Source: Halodesulfurarchaeum sp. (GTDB lineage Archaea; Halobacteriota; Halobacteria; Halobacteriales; Halobacteriaceae). From it: a DNA stretch of 18,697 nt. Positions 1-10,304 of the stretch are shown piece by piece. Location of the stretch: positions 1 through 18,697 of the forward strand of contig JBDGUI010000044.1 of assembly GCA_042216015.1 (NCBI GenBank). Direction: 5' to 3'. The notes under the pieces were generated by a model. It did not search any database, was not told the DNA's origin, and was given only the letters and a program-made list of their open reading frames with translations. A program made the translations under genes and the position numbers. Position 1 is the stretch's first letter. Every line of letters begins with the position of its first letter.

Positions 1-1061
1 ACACCGAGACGGTGATGCCCGGCTACACCCACCTCCAGCCGGCCCAGCCGACGACCGTGGCTCACTACCTGCTCTCCTACGCGGGTGCGGCCGCCAGGGA
101 CACCGAGCGCCTGTTCGGGGCCTACGAGCGGACGAACCGCTCCCCGCTGGGTGCCGCCGCACTCGCGGGGACGCCCTTCGACGTGAATCGCGAGCGCACG
201 GCCGAACTCCTCGGCTTCGACGGACTGATCGAGAACAGCATGGACGCGGCCGCGGGGCGGGACGTGCTTCTCGAGTCGATGAGCGCGATCGCGGGTGTCT
301 CGGTGACGCTCTCCGGGCTCGCGGAGGACCTGATCCTCTTCGCGAATCGCGACTTCGTGAGCCTCGCGGACGCCTACTCCTCGACCTCTTCGATCATGCC
401 CCAGAAGAAGAACCCGGACAGCCTGGAGCTGGTCCGGGCGACCGCCGGGGACGCCGCCGGGGCCGTCCAGGGCCTGCTGACCACGATCGCTGGGCTCCCC
501 CGGGCGTACAACCGCGATCTCCAGCGGGCCACCCCGCACGTCTGGGGACCGATGGACGACGTGACGGAGGCCACCCGTGTCGCGGCCGGGGCCCTCGGGA
601 CCCTCGACTGGAACGAACCCGTGCTCGAGGCGGCGGCCGGCGAGGGCTTCTCGACCGCGACCGGGATCGCCGACCGACTCGCGATGAGCGGGGTCCCGTT
701 CCGCACGGCCCACGAGATCGTCGCGATTACGGCCGATGCGCTGGAGGAGACTGACGAACTCGATGGCGGGGCCCCGGATCCGGGCGTCACGCTCGACGCG
801 CTCGCCGAGGCGACGGTGGCAGTGACCGACGCGGAGCTATCCGCATACGTCGACCGGGAGGCGATCGAGGGACTGCTGGATCCAAAGGAGAGTGTCGCCG
901 CCCGCGACTCGCGTGGCGGTCCCGCCCCCTCGCAGGTCGAGGGAGCCATCGAATCGGCTACCCGGGCCCTCGAGGCGGATCGCTCGGAGGTCGAGATACT
1001 CAGGGGGGCGATCGAGAACGCCGAGACCGCCCGCATGGAGGGGGTAGAACGATATGTGTGA
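1..1061 (+). CDS. argH: Argininosuccinate lyase, 5'-truncated by the window edge
   Basis: The frame is open from the left edge. It carries the fumarase/ASL signatures MPGYTHLQPAQP, SSTSSIMPQKKNPD and YNRDLQ, plus GVPFRTAHEIV, and lies next to argW/argX. Confidence 0.97.
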   Translation, partial: TETVMPGYTHLQPAQPTTVAHYLLSYAGAAARDTERLFGAYERTNRSPLGAAALAGTPFDVNRERTAELLGFDGLIENSMDAAAGRDVLLESMSAIAGVSVTLSGLAEDLILFANRDFVSLADAYSSTSSIMPQKKNPDSLELVRATAGDAAGAVQGLLTTIAGLPRAYNRDLQRATPHVWGPMDDVTEATRVAAGALGTLDWNEPVLEAAAGEGFSTATGIADRLAMSGVPFRTAHEIVAITADALEETDELDGGAPDPGVTLDALAEATVAVTDAELSAYVDREAIEGLLDPKESVAARDSRGGPAPSQVEGAIESATRALEADRSEVEILRGAIENAETARMEGVERYV

Positions 1062-1218
1062 TTGTGATCGATACCGAAACCGACCGATGCACGGATCACT
1101 CCGATAATCGATACTATCAGCTCGATACGACACCATTCGAACCAACGAATGCGGTTTGCGGCCGCCTTTCTCACCGATAGCACTTGCTGCGATTAGTATA
1201 TATTTGCTGATAAGTTCG

Positions 1219-1232
1219 GAACGCTTAAGGTA
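1219..1232 (+). promoter_or_regulatory. Putative BRE/TATA promoter of argW-argX (leaderless)
   Basis: GAACGCTTAAGGTA lies about 25-38 nt upstream of ATG 1257 and is preceded by the AT-rich patch GATTAGTATATATTTG (1191-1206). Confidence 0.55.
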
Positions 1233-1256
1233 ATCTGCCGTCTACGATTGGCTGCT

Positions 1257-1421
1257 ATGACAGCGTGTCCGGAGTGCGGGGCCGAGGTGACCCTGCACGA
1301 CTCGATCGAAGTGGGAGAGATCGTCGACTGTGCGACCTGTGGAACCGAACTGGAGGTCGTCGAGGAAAACCCGCCCGTCCTCGATCTGGCGCCCGAACTC
1401 GATGAGGACTGGGGGGAGTGA
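1257..1421 (+). CDS. argW: Amino-group carrier protein LysW/ArgW (54 aa, zinc ribbon)
   Basis: Manual translation: MTACPECGAEVTLHDSIEVGEIVDCATCGTELEVVEENPPVLDLAPELDEDWGE. It has CxxC...CxxC and the diagnostic C-terminal EDWGE. Its stop overlaps the argX start (TGATG). It is below the ORF-track size cutoff. Confidence 0.97.
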   Translation: MTACPECGAEVTLHDSIEVGEIVDCATCGTELEVVEENPPVLDLAPELDEDWGE

Positions 1422-2299
1422 TGAAAGTCGGCCTCCTCTACTCGCGAATCCGCACTGACGAGAAGCTCCTGCTCGAGGAGCTCCGCGAGCGGGGCCACGA
1501 GGTCGCAAAGATCGACGTGCGCGAACAGCAGTTCGGGCTCTCGGGGTCGAGCGTCGACGCGTCGGAGCTGGACATCGTCGTCGATCGGTGTGTCGCCACC
1601 AGCCGGTCGATGTACGTCACCGAGTTCTTCGCCTCCTACGGCGTTCCGATCGTGAACTCGCCGGAGGTGGCGAGCACCTGTTCGGATAAGGTCAGGACCA
1701 GCCTCGCCCTCGAGGAGGCCGGCATTCCGACCCCCGACACGCGGGTCGCGTTCACCCGCGAGGCCGCCCTCGAGGCGATCGAGGACTTCGGCTACCCGGT
1801 CGTTCTCAAGCCCGTCGTGGGGTCGTGGGGCCGGCTGATGGCCCGCATCGAGGACGACCACGCCGCGGAGGCCATCCTCGAGCACAAGGAAACCCTGGGC
1901 CACTACGAGCACAAGATCTTCTACATCCAGGAGTTCGTGGACAAGCCGGGCCGTGACCTCCGCGTGCTCGCCCTCGACGGCGAGCCGGTGGCCGGGATGA
2001 TCCGCTCGGCAGATCACTGGATCACGAACGCCCACCGCGGCGCCGACACCCAGGTGCTCGACATCACCCCGGAGATCGCCGATCTCGTCCGCCGCGCCAG
2101 CGACGCGGTCGGCGGCGGGCTGCTCGGGGTGGACCTCATGGAGACCGCCGAGGGCTACACGATCCACGAGATCAACCACACCGTCGAGTACAAGGCCCTC
2201 GCCGATGCCGTCGAGATTGACATCGTGAGCGAGGTCGTCGACTGGCTCGAGGAAAAAGCCGAAGCAGCGGAGAACGGCGCTGCAAAGACGACCCTGTAG
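1421..2299 (+). CDS. argX: RimK-family ATP-grasp ligase, glutamate--LysW ligase (ArgX/LysX)
   Basis: Motifs include LLYSRIRTDEKLL, DRCVATSRS, YPVVLKPVVGSWGRL, YIQEFVDKPGRDLR and HEINHTVE. It is coupled to argW and lies downstream of argH. I prefer ATG 1421 over GTG 1418. Confidence 0.93.
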   Translation: MKVGLLYSRIRTDEKLLLEELRERGHEVAKIDVREQQFGLSGSSVDASELDIVVDRCVATSRSMYVTEFFASYGVPIVNSPEVASTCSDKVRTSLALEEAGIPTPDTRVAFTREAALEAIEDFGYPVVLKPVVGSWGRLMARIEDDHAAEAILEHKETLGHYEHKIFYIQEFVDKPGRDLRVLALDGEPVAGMIRSADHWITNAHRGADTQVLDITPEIADLVRRASDAVGGGLLGVDLMETAEGYTIHEINHTVEYKALADAVEIDIVSEVVDWLEEKAEAAENGAAKTTL

Positions 2300-2340
2300 T
2301 CCGACCGAAAAACGGGGGATCGTTTGCGCCGTTCGGGTGC

Positions 2341-2348
2341 TATTTGTA
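2341..2348 (+). promoter_or_regulatory. Putative TATA box of thrC
   Basis: TATTTGTA sits 23-30 nt upstream of ATG 2371. Confidence 0.45.
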
Positions 2349-2370
2349 TCGTGACCTGCTGGGTTGTGCC

Positions 2371-3624
2371 ATGACCGACCTGTCACTCACGGGGTCCGTG
2401 CCCGAGGAGAGCGAGGACGGCGTCTGGCTGGCGTGTATCGAGTGTGGCGAGACCTACGCCCCCTTCGAGGAACCGATCTACGAGTGTGCGGAATGCGGCT
2501 CGCTCCTGGAGGCGCGCTACGAGACGTACCAGGATCTCGAGGACCTCGACGGAAGCGGCGTCTGGCGGTACGCCGACGCCCTGCCGGTGGATCACGGGGT
2601 CACGATCGAGGAGGGGAACACCCCGCTCTACGAGGCCCCGACAATCGAGGCCGACGTGGGAGTCGCCGACCTTCGGATCAAACACGAGGGGATGAATCCG
2701 ACAGGGAGCTTCAAGGACCGGGGCATGACCGTCGGGGTTCGGGTGGCCGAGCGCATCGGCGTCGGCCGACTTGCGTGTGCGAGCACGGGCAACACGAGCG
2801 CCGCGCTGGCGGCCTATGGCGCCCGGGCGAACAAGGAGACGCTCGTCCTGCTCCCCGAGGGGAAGGTCGCCGCGGGGAAACTCGCGCAGGCCAGCCTCCA
2901 CGGGGCGACGATGCTCGAGGTCGAGGGGAACTTCGACGACTGTCTCGACATCGTCTCGGAACTCGCCGACCGGGGCGAGGTCTACCTCCTCAACTCGCTC
3001 AACCCGTTCCGGCTCGAGGGCCAGAAGACCATCGGCCTCGAGATGGTCGAGCAGTTCCGCACCCAGACCGGCGACCTCCCGGATCGCATCGTGCTCCCGG
3101 TCGGCAACGCCGGGAACACCGCCGCGCTCCACAAGGCCTTCCGCGAGCTCGTCGAGGCCGGGGAGATCGACGGGGACGAGGTGCCGATTCTCACCGGCGT
3201 CCAGGCCGCCGGGGCCGCCCCGCTCGTCGAGGCCATCGAGAGCGGCGCCGACACGGTCACGCGGTGGGAAGACGTCGAAACCCGGGCGACGGCGATCCGG
3301 ATCGGCGAGCCCGTGAACTGGCCGAAGGCGCTCCCGGCGATCAGGCAGACCGGCGGGACGGCCGTCGCCGTCGAGGATCGGGAGATCACCCGTGCCCAGC
3401 GGGACCTCGCTGAAGACGGTATCGGCGTCGAGCCCGCGAGTGCTGCCTCGGTGGCGGGGCTTCGAAAGCTCCGGACCGCGGGCGAGATTGGGGCCGACGA
3501 GCAGGTCGTCTGTCTCACGACTGGCCACCTCCTCAAGGATCCCGATGCCGCGGCCGCGGCCGGTCGTGACCCACGGACGGTGCCGAACTCGGTCGACGCG
3601 GTGCTCGAGGCGACCGAGGACTAA
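2371..3624 (+). CDS. thrC: Threonine synthase (PLP fold type II) with N-terminal Zn ribbon
   Basis: Motifs include EGNTPL, NPTGSFKDRG (PLP lysine), CASTGNTSAA, PVGNAGN, EPASAAS and TGHLLKDP, with CIEC...CAEC at the N-terminus. I prefer ATG 2371 over TTG 2344 because of the TATA spacing. Confidence 0.94.
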   Translation: MTDLSLTGSVPEESEDGVWLACIECGETYAPFEEPIYECAECGSLLEARYETYQDLEDLDGSGVWRYADALPVDHGVTIEEGNTPLYEAPTIEADVGVADLRIKHEGMNPTGSFKDRGMTVGVRVAERIGVGRLACASTGNTSAALAAYGARANKETLVLLPEGKVAAGKLAQASLHGATMLEVEGNFDDCLDIVSELADRGEVYLLNSLNPFRLEGQKTIGLEMVEQFRTQTGDLPDRIVLPVGNAGNTAALHKAFRELVEAGEIDGDEVPILTGVQAAGAAPLVEAIESGADTVTRWEDVETRATAIRIGEPVNWPKALPAIRQTGGTAVAVEDREITRAQRDLAEDGIGVEPASAASVAGLRKLRTAGEIGADEQVVCLTTGHLLKDPDAAAAAGRDPRTVPNSVDAVLEATED

Positions 3625-3667
3625 CACCCGTCCCCCCTTTCACGGCCGACACGATCGGCGCGGTCGC

Positions 3668-4846
3668 TCAGGAGGAGGCGCGGAGTTCTCGCTGTTCAGG
3701 TTTCGACTGCCCGCTCCCCAAAAAATCCGCGAGCGGCTCGATCACCGTCTCGGGGCGAGCGAGGAAGGCGTCGTGGCCGTAGTCGTCGACGATCCGCTCG
3801 AAGGTGACGCTGGCGCCGGCCGCCTCGAAGGCGTCGGCGACCTCCCGGCCCTGCTCGACGGTGAACTGCCAGTCGCCCGTGTAGCTCAGCACGAGCGCCG
3901 AGCCCTCGAAGTCCGCGAGGGCCTCGGCCGGGGTGGCGTGGCCGCGCGCGAACTCGTACTCGTCCATCGCACGCAGGAGGTAGAGGTAGCTGTTGGCGTC
4001 GAAGCGATCGGTGAACGTGCTGGCGTTGTAATCGAGGTAGGAGGCCACGTCGCGGTACTCGAAGGCCTCGGCGGTCGGGTCCTCGAGTCCGGCGAGCATT
4101 CGGTCGGCGGCCCGGCGTCCGAACCGGTTCTGCATCGAATCCTTCGAGAGGTACTGTACGTGGCCGATCCGGCGGGCGAGGCCCAGCCCGTCCTCGGGAC
4201 CGGGACCGCCGTAGTACTCCCCGCCCTGGTAGTTCGGGTCCTGGGTGATCGCCCGGCGGGCGATCGAGTCGAGGGCGAGGTTCTGGGTGTCGACCCGGAA
4301 GGCGGTCGCGACGGCCACGATCCGCTCGACCCGTTCGGGGTAGGTCCGGGCCCACTCGAGGGCGTTCATCCCGCCGACGCTTCCCCCGACGACGGCATGG
4401 AGGGTCCCGACGTCGAGTTCGTCGAGCAGGCGGGCCTGGGCGCGCACCCAGTCGGTGATGGTGACGGGTGGGAAATCCGGACCGTATGGCTCCCCGTCCG
4501 GACCGATCGAGGAGGGCCCGGTGGTGCCATAACAGGAGCCGGGGACGTTCGCGACGATCACGTAGAACTGCTCGGTGTCGACGGCCCGGCCCGGCCCGAC
4601 GACGTCGCTCCACCAGCCCGCAGCCTGCCCGTCGATTCCCTCGGGCCCGGAGCCGGTGACGTACTGACTGCCCGTCAGGGCGTGGGCGACGAGTACGGGC
4701 GGGTTCGACGCGTCGCCGAAGGTCTCGTAGGCGATGTCGAGGTCGACGCTCCCGCCACGCTCGAACTCGAAGGTACCGACGGAAACCTGTCTCGTCGGCG
4801 GGACGAGCGGGCCGCCCGGGTTTGGGGGAGCTTCCTCACCTGTCAT
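3668..4846 (-). CDS. metX: Homoserine O-acetyltransferase (alpha/beta hydrolase)
   Basis: Motifs include [18 protein letters not shown], nucleophile elbow [17 protein letters not shown], the catalytic Asp in TGDWQF, and YGHDAFL. Confidence 0.94.
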   Translation of the reverse strand: MTGEEAPPNPGGPLVPPTRQVSVGTFEFERGGSVDLDIAYETFGDASNPPVLVAHALTGSQYVTGSGPEGIDGQAAGWWSDVVGPGRAVDTEQFYVIVANVPGSCYGTTGPSSIGPDGEPYGPDFPPVTITDWVRAQARLLDELDVGTLHAVVGGSVGGMNALEWARTYPERVERIVAVATAFRVDTQNLALDSIARRAITQDPNYQGGEYYGGPGPEDGLGLARRIGHVQYLSKDSMQNRFGRRAADRMLAGLEDPTAEAFEYRDVASYLDYNASTFTDRFDANSYLYLLRAMDEYEFARGHATPAEALADFEGSALVLSYTGDWQFTVEQGREVADAFEAAGASVTFERIVDDYGHDAFLARPETVIEPLADFLGSGQSKPEQRELRASS

Positions 4847-5024
4847 GTCTACTGTGCATATTCCTCAGCGGCTATATTACTGCTATGTAAGTTGGCGCTT
4901 GTAAGTGTTGCTATCCCGAGTGGGGACGTTCGTGCCATTCGGATCGATGAATCGGTGGGGAACCCGCGAATCCGATTCCGTCTGACAAACGTTCAGTACC
5001 CCGGCGATCGAACTGTCAGCTAGT

Positions 5025-5981
5025 ATGGTCAAACTGCGACAGTTTTTCGAGCTCACCCCCGGGCGAATCACGGTCGGGTACGGCGTTTTTGGCGTCCTGT
5101 GGATCGGACTGTCCGACCGGCTCGTCTTCTCGTTCCTCAAGAGCGAGTCGGGCATCATCTTCGCCCAGCGGATCAAGGGGTGGGGCTTCGTCGTTCTCTC
5201 GGCGGCGCTTCTATTCGGGTTGACTCGGACGTACGAGGGCCAACTCGCCGATTCAGAACGGCGAGCCCTCACCGCGACCGAGCAGTTGCAGGTCCTCCAC
5301 CGCATCTTCCGACACAACATCAGAAACGAATTGACGGTCATTCACGGGTACGCCGAACTGTTGCTCGACCGGACCGAACGCGACCGCACGGAGCAGTGGG
5401 CCCACGGAATTCTCGAATCCTCCGGCGACCTCCTCGAAACGAGCGAGAAGCTGGGCATCATCAACGAGGTCGAGTTCGGGGCGGAGCTCGAGGAGCCAGT
5501 CGACCTCGTTCCGATCCTCCAGCGCGAAATATCGGCACTCGAATCGACCTATCCCGCCGCAACGATCGAGACCGACTTCCCCGACCAGCTGTTCGTCTCC
5601 GCGAATCCCGCTATCACGTACGCCATCCGCGAGACCCTCGAGAACGCGATGGACCATCACCCGGCCCCCGAGTCGGAACGCCGAATCGAGATTACGACCG
5701 CCGAAACCATGCGTGAAGTGACTCTCGATATCGCAGACAACGGACCGGGAATTCATTCCGACGAGATCGATCCAGTCGTCTCCGGAGCAGAAACCGCGCT
5801 CGATCACGGGAGCGGAATCGGCCTGTGGATCGTCTCCTGGATCTGTGAGAGTTCGGGCGGGACCGTGGAATTCGACGCAGCTGACGGAACGAGTGTCCGA
5901 ATGCGCCTCGAACGGGCCGAGCTGATCGAACACGTCACGGACCGCCTCCAGTACGAATTCCCCACTGCCCCGGTCGAGTAG
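5025..5981 (+). CDS. Membrane-anchored sensor histidine kinase (2 TM + HisKA + HATPase)
   Basis: H-box RHNIRNELTVI, N-box ETLENA, G1 DIADNGPGI and G2 HGSGIGLW are present, with two N-terminal hydrophobic helices. No response regulator is adjacent. Confidence 0.9.
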   Translation: MVKLRQFFELTPGRITVGYGVFGVLWIGLSDRLVFSFLKSESGIIFAQRIKGWGFVVLSAALLFGLTRTYEGQLADSERRALTATEQLQVLHRIFRHNIRNELTVIHGYAELLLDRTERDRTEQWAHGILESSGDLLETSEKLGIINEVEFGAELEEPVDLVPILQREISALESTYPAATIETDFPDQLFVSANPAITYAIRETLENAMDHHPAPESERRIEITTAETMREVTLDIADNGPGIHSDEIDPVVSGAETALDHGSGIGLWIVSWICESSGGTVEFDAADGTSVRMRLERAELIEHVTDRLQYEFPTAPVE

Positions 5982-6016
5982 GGTGGCTCCCTCCGATTTG
6001 CTCCGCCGCCGGGTCC

Positions 6017-8179
<2,163 letters not shown>

Positions 8180-8507
8180 CGTGCCCGAGCGGTGTGGAAC
8201 GGAGGACTGTCATTCGCTGGGTGAGCGTTTCCGAGCAGCTCGCTGCTGGAGTCGGCCGATCGTCAGTCCGCTTCCCCCCCCCCACCGACGCGCTCTTCGT
8301 CGGTGGCTTTCTCGCGGGTTTCGTATGCATCGGCCTATTCCTGTGGTACTTGCGGAGTCGGGCCGCGGTACTCGCGATCGCGGTCGCCGATGAGGCGGAT
8401 CTGGGACTCCCGGCTGCCGGATTCGGCGAATCGACCGTCACGACCCTCCAGAACCGTCGACCCCACCATAGCGGTCGATTCAAAGCTATCGAGCCGATAG
8501 CCCAGGT

Positions 8508-10241
8508 ATGGACGCCGAGACGGTGCGGGAACGGGCGCTCGAACTCCCCCGCGAGCCCGGCGTCTACCAGTTTCTCGACGGCGATCGGGTGCTCTACGTC
8601 GGGAAGGCCGTCGACATTCGCGACCGGGTTCGAACGTACGCCGACCCCCGGAGCGAGCGGGTCCGGGAGATGGTCGCCCGGGCCGACGCCATCGACGTCG
8701 CCGTGACCGACACGGAGACCCAGGCGTTGCTCCTCGAGGCGAACCTCATCAAGCGCCACCAGCCCCGATACAACGTCCGGCTCAAGGACGACAAGTCCTA
8801 CCCGCTCGTCCAGCTGACCGATCACGAATTCCCCCGGATCGAGATCACCCGCGATCCCGACCCCGGAGCAACCGTCTACGGCCCCTTCACCGACAAGAGT
8901 CGGCTCGAGTCGGTGCTCAAGGCCATCCGCGAGACGAGCGGCCTGCGGGGCTGTTCGGACCACAAGTTCGCAAACCGGGATCGGCCCTGTCTGGATTACG
9001 ACATGGACCTCTGTGCGGCCCCCTGTACCGGCGAGATCGATTCGGCCACCTACGGGGAACGGGTCGACCAGGCGACGGCCTTCTTCGAGGGCGAAACCGG
9101 TGCGATCGCCGAGCCGCTCGCGTCCGAAATGGAGCGGGCCGCCGAGGGCCAGGCCTTCGAGCGGGCCGCACACCTCAGGGATCGGCTCGAAACCCTCCGG
9201 TCGTTTCACGGCGAGGGCGGGGACGCCGTCGTCGACACCGGCGGCTCCCGGGTCGTCGACGTCCTTGGAGTGGCTGTGGAGGGGACCACGGCCACGGTCG
9301 CCCGACTCCACAGCGAAGGGGGGAAACTCGTGGATCGGGAGCAGTATCCGGTGCAGGTCCCCGAAGCCGGTGACGGCGTTCCCGAAATTTTGGCGGCGTT
9401 CGTCCCGCAGTTCTACGCCGAGCGAGACCTCCCGGATGCGCTGTTGTTGCCCCAGGACCCGGACGCCGCGGAGGTCTCCCAGTGGCTCGACGCGGCGGGG
9501 GTTTCGATGCGGGTTCCCGGCGCGGGTCGGGAGTCACGACTGGTCGACCTCGCGATGAAGAACGCCCATCAGGGGCCGGGAGGAGAGGACGGGCATCGCG
9601 CACTCGCAGACGCATTCGACATCGCCGTCCCGTCCCGCATCGAGGGCTTCGACGTGAGTCACGCGAGCGGCCGGGAGGTCGTCGGCAGCAACGTCGTCTT
9701 CGTCGAGGGGAGCCCGAAGAAGGCCCACTACCGTCGGAAGAAGCTCGCGGAGGAAAACGACGACTACGCGAACATGGCGTCGTTGCTTTCCTGGCGTGCG
9801 AGCCGGGCGATCGAGGGGCGGGACGAGCGACCGGACCCAGACCTCCTGCTGATCGACGGCGGGCCGGGGCAACTCGAGGCGGCCCGGGAGGCGATCGAAT
9901 CGGTCGACTGGGGCGTGCCAGTCGTCGCGCTCGCGAAGCAGGAGGAGTCGGTGCACACCCCGAATCGACAGTTCGACTGGAGTCACGACGCCCCACAGTT
10001 GCACCTCCTCCAGCGGGTTCGCGACGAGGCCCATCGCTTTGCCGTCCAGTACCACCAGACGTTGCGGGACGACGTCTCGACGGTCCTCGAGTCCGTCGAG
10101 GGCATCGGTCCGGCGCGTCGACGTCGCCTGCTCAGGCGGTTCGGAAGCGTGGACGGGATCAGAGAGGCCTCCGCGTCGGAACTCCGGGACGTGCCGGGAA
10201 TCGGTGTGGAGACGGCCGAGAATCTGGCGAGTCGACTGTAG
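8508..10241 (+). CDS. uvrC: Excinuclease ABC subunit C
   Basis: Motifs include GIY-YIG (PGVYQF...LYVGKA), LEANLIK...[14 protein letters not shown], the Cys cluster C...RPCLDY...CAAPC, the UVR domain FERAAHLRD, the RNaseH-like [20 protein letters not shown] and a C-terminal HhH. Confidence 0.97.
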   Translation: MDAETVRERALELPREPGVYQFLDGDRVLYVGKAVDIRDRVRTYADPRSERVREMVARADAIDVAVTDTETQALLLEANLIKRHQPRYNVRLKDDKSYPLVQLTDHEFPRIEITRDPDPGATVYGPFTDKSRLESVLKAIRETSGLRGCSDHKFANRDRPCLDYDMDLCAAPCTGEIDSATYGERVDQATAFFEGETGAIAEPLASEMERAAEGQAFERAAHLRDRLETLRSFHGEGGDAVVDTGGSRVVDVLGVAVEGTTATVARLHSEGGKLVDREQYPVQVPEAGDGVPEILAAFVPQFYAERDLPDALLLPQDPDAAEVSQWLDAAGVSMRVPGAGRESRLVDLAMKNAHQGPGGEDGHRALADAFDIAVPSRIEGFDVSHASGREVVGSNVVFVEGSPKKAHYRRKKLAEENDDYANMASLLSWRASRAIEGRDERPDPDLLLIDGGPGQLEAAREAIESVDWGVPVVALAKQEESVHTPNRQFDWSHDAPQLHLLQRVRDEAHRFAVQYHQTLRDDVSTVLESVEGIGPARRRRLLRRFGSVDGIREASASELRDVPGIGVETAENLASRL

Positions 10242-10248
10242 TCGACTG
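10230..10248. repeat. 9-bp tandem repeat AGTCGACTG spanning the uvrC stop
   Basis: AGTCGACTG occurs at 10230-10238 and 10240-10248. Its core AGTCGACT is palindromic. Confidence 0.7.
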
Positions 10249-10265
10249 ACAAGCCCAGGGCCGTT

Positions 10266-10304
10266 CCTACTCGACCGGGACGCCGCCTACTCGACCGGGA
10301 CGCC
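10266..10304. repeat. Perfect 19-bp tandem direct repeat duplicating the uvrB 3' end and stop codon
   Basis: CCTACTCGACCGGGACGCC occurs at 10266-10284 and 10286-10304 (period 20). Confidence 0.95.

Noticed and set aside
1421..2299. Lysine-pathway LysX assignment
   Set aside because: The argH neighbourhood, and the fact that haloarchaea generally make lysine via diaminopimelate, favour ArgX. Substrate specificity cannot be proven from the sequence.
3392..5023. 543-aa plus-strand ORF, and similar long shadow ORFs (374-1183, 1193-2386, 2383-3627, 10566-11585, 12347-13585, 14426-15679)
   Set aside because: They overlap well-supported genes on the opposite strand and have no family signatures.
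4847..5024. SAM riboswitch upstream of metX
   Set aside because: No SAM-I or SAM-II consensus is visible, and the AT-rich promoter-like tract sits close to the start codon.
10266..10304. Direct repeats as a mini-CRISPR array
   Set aside because: There are only two copies separated by 1 nt, with no spacers and no cas genes.
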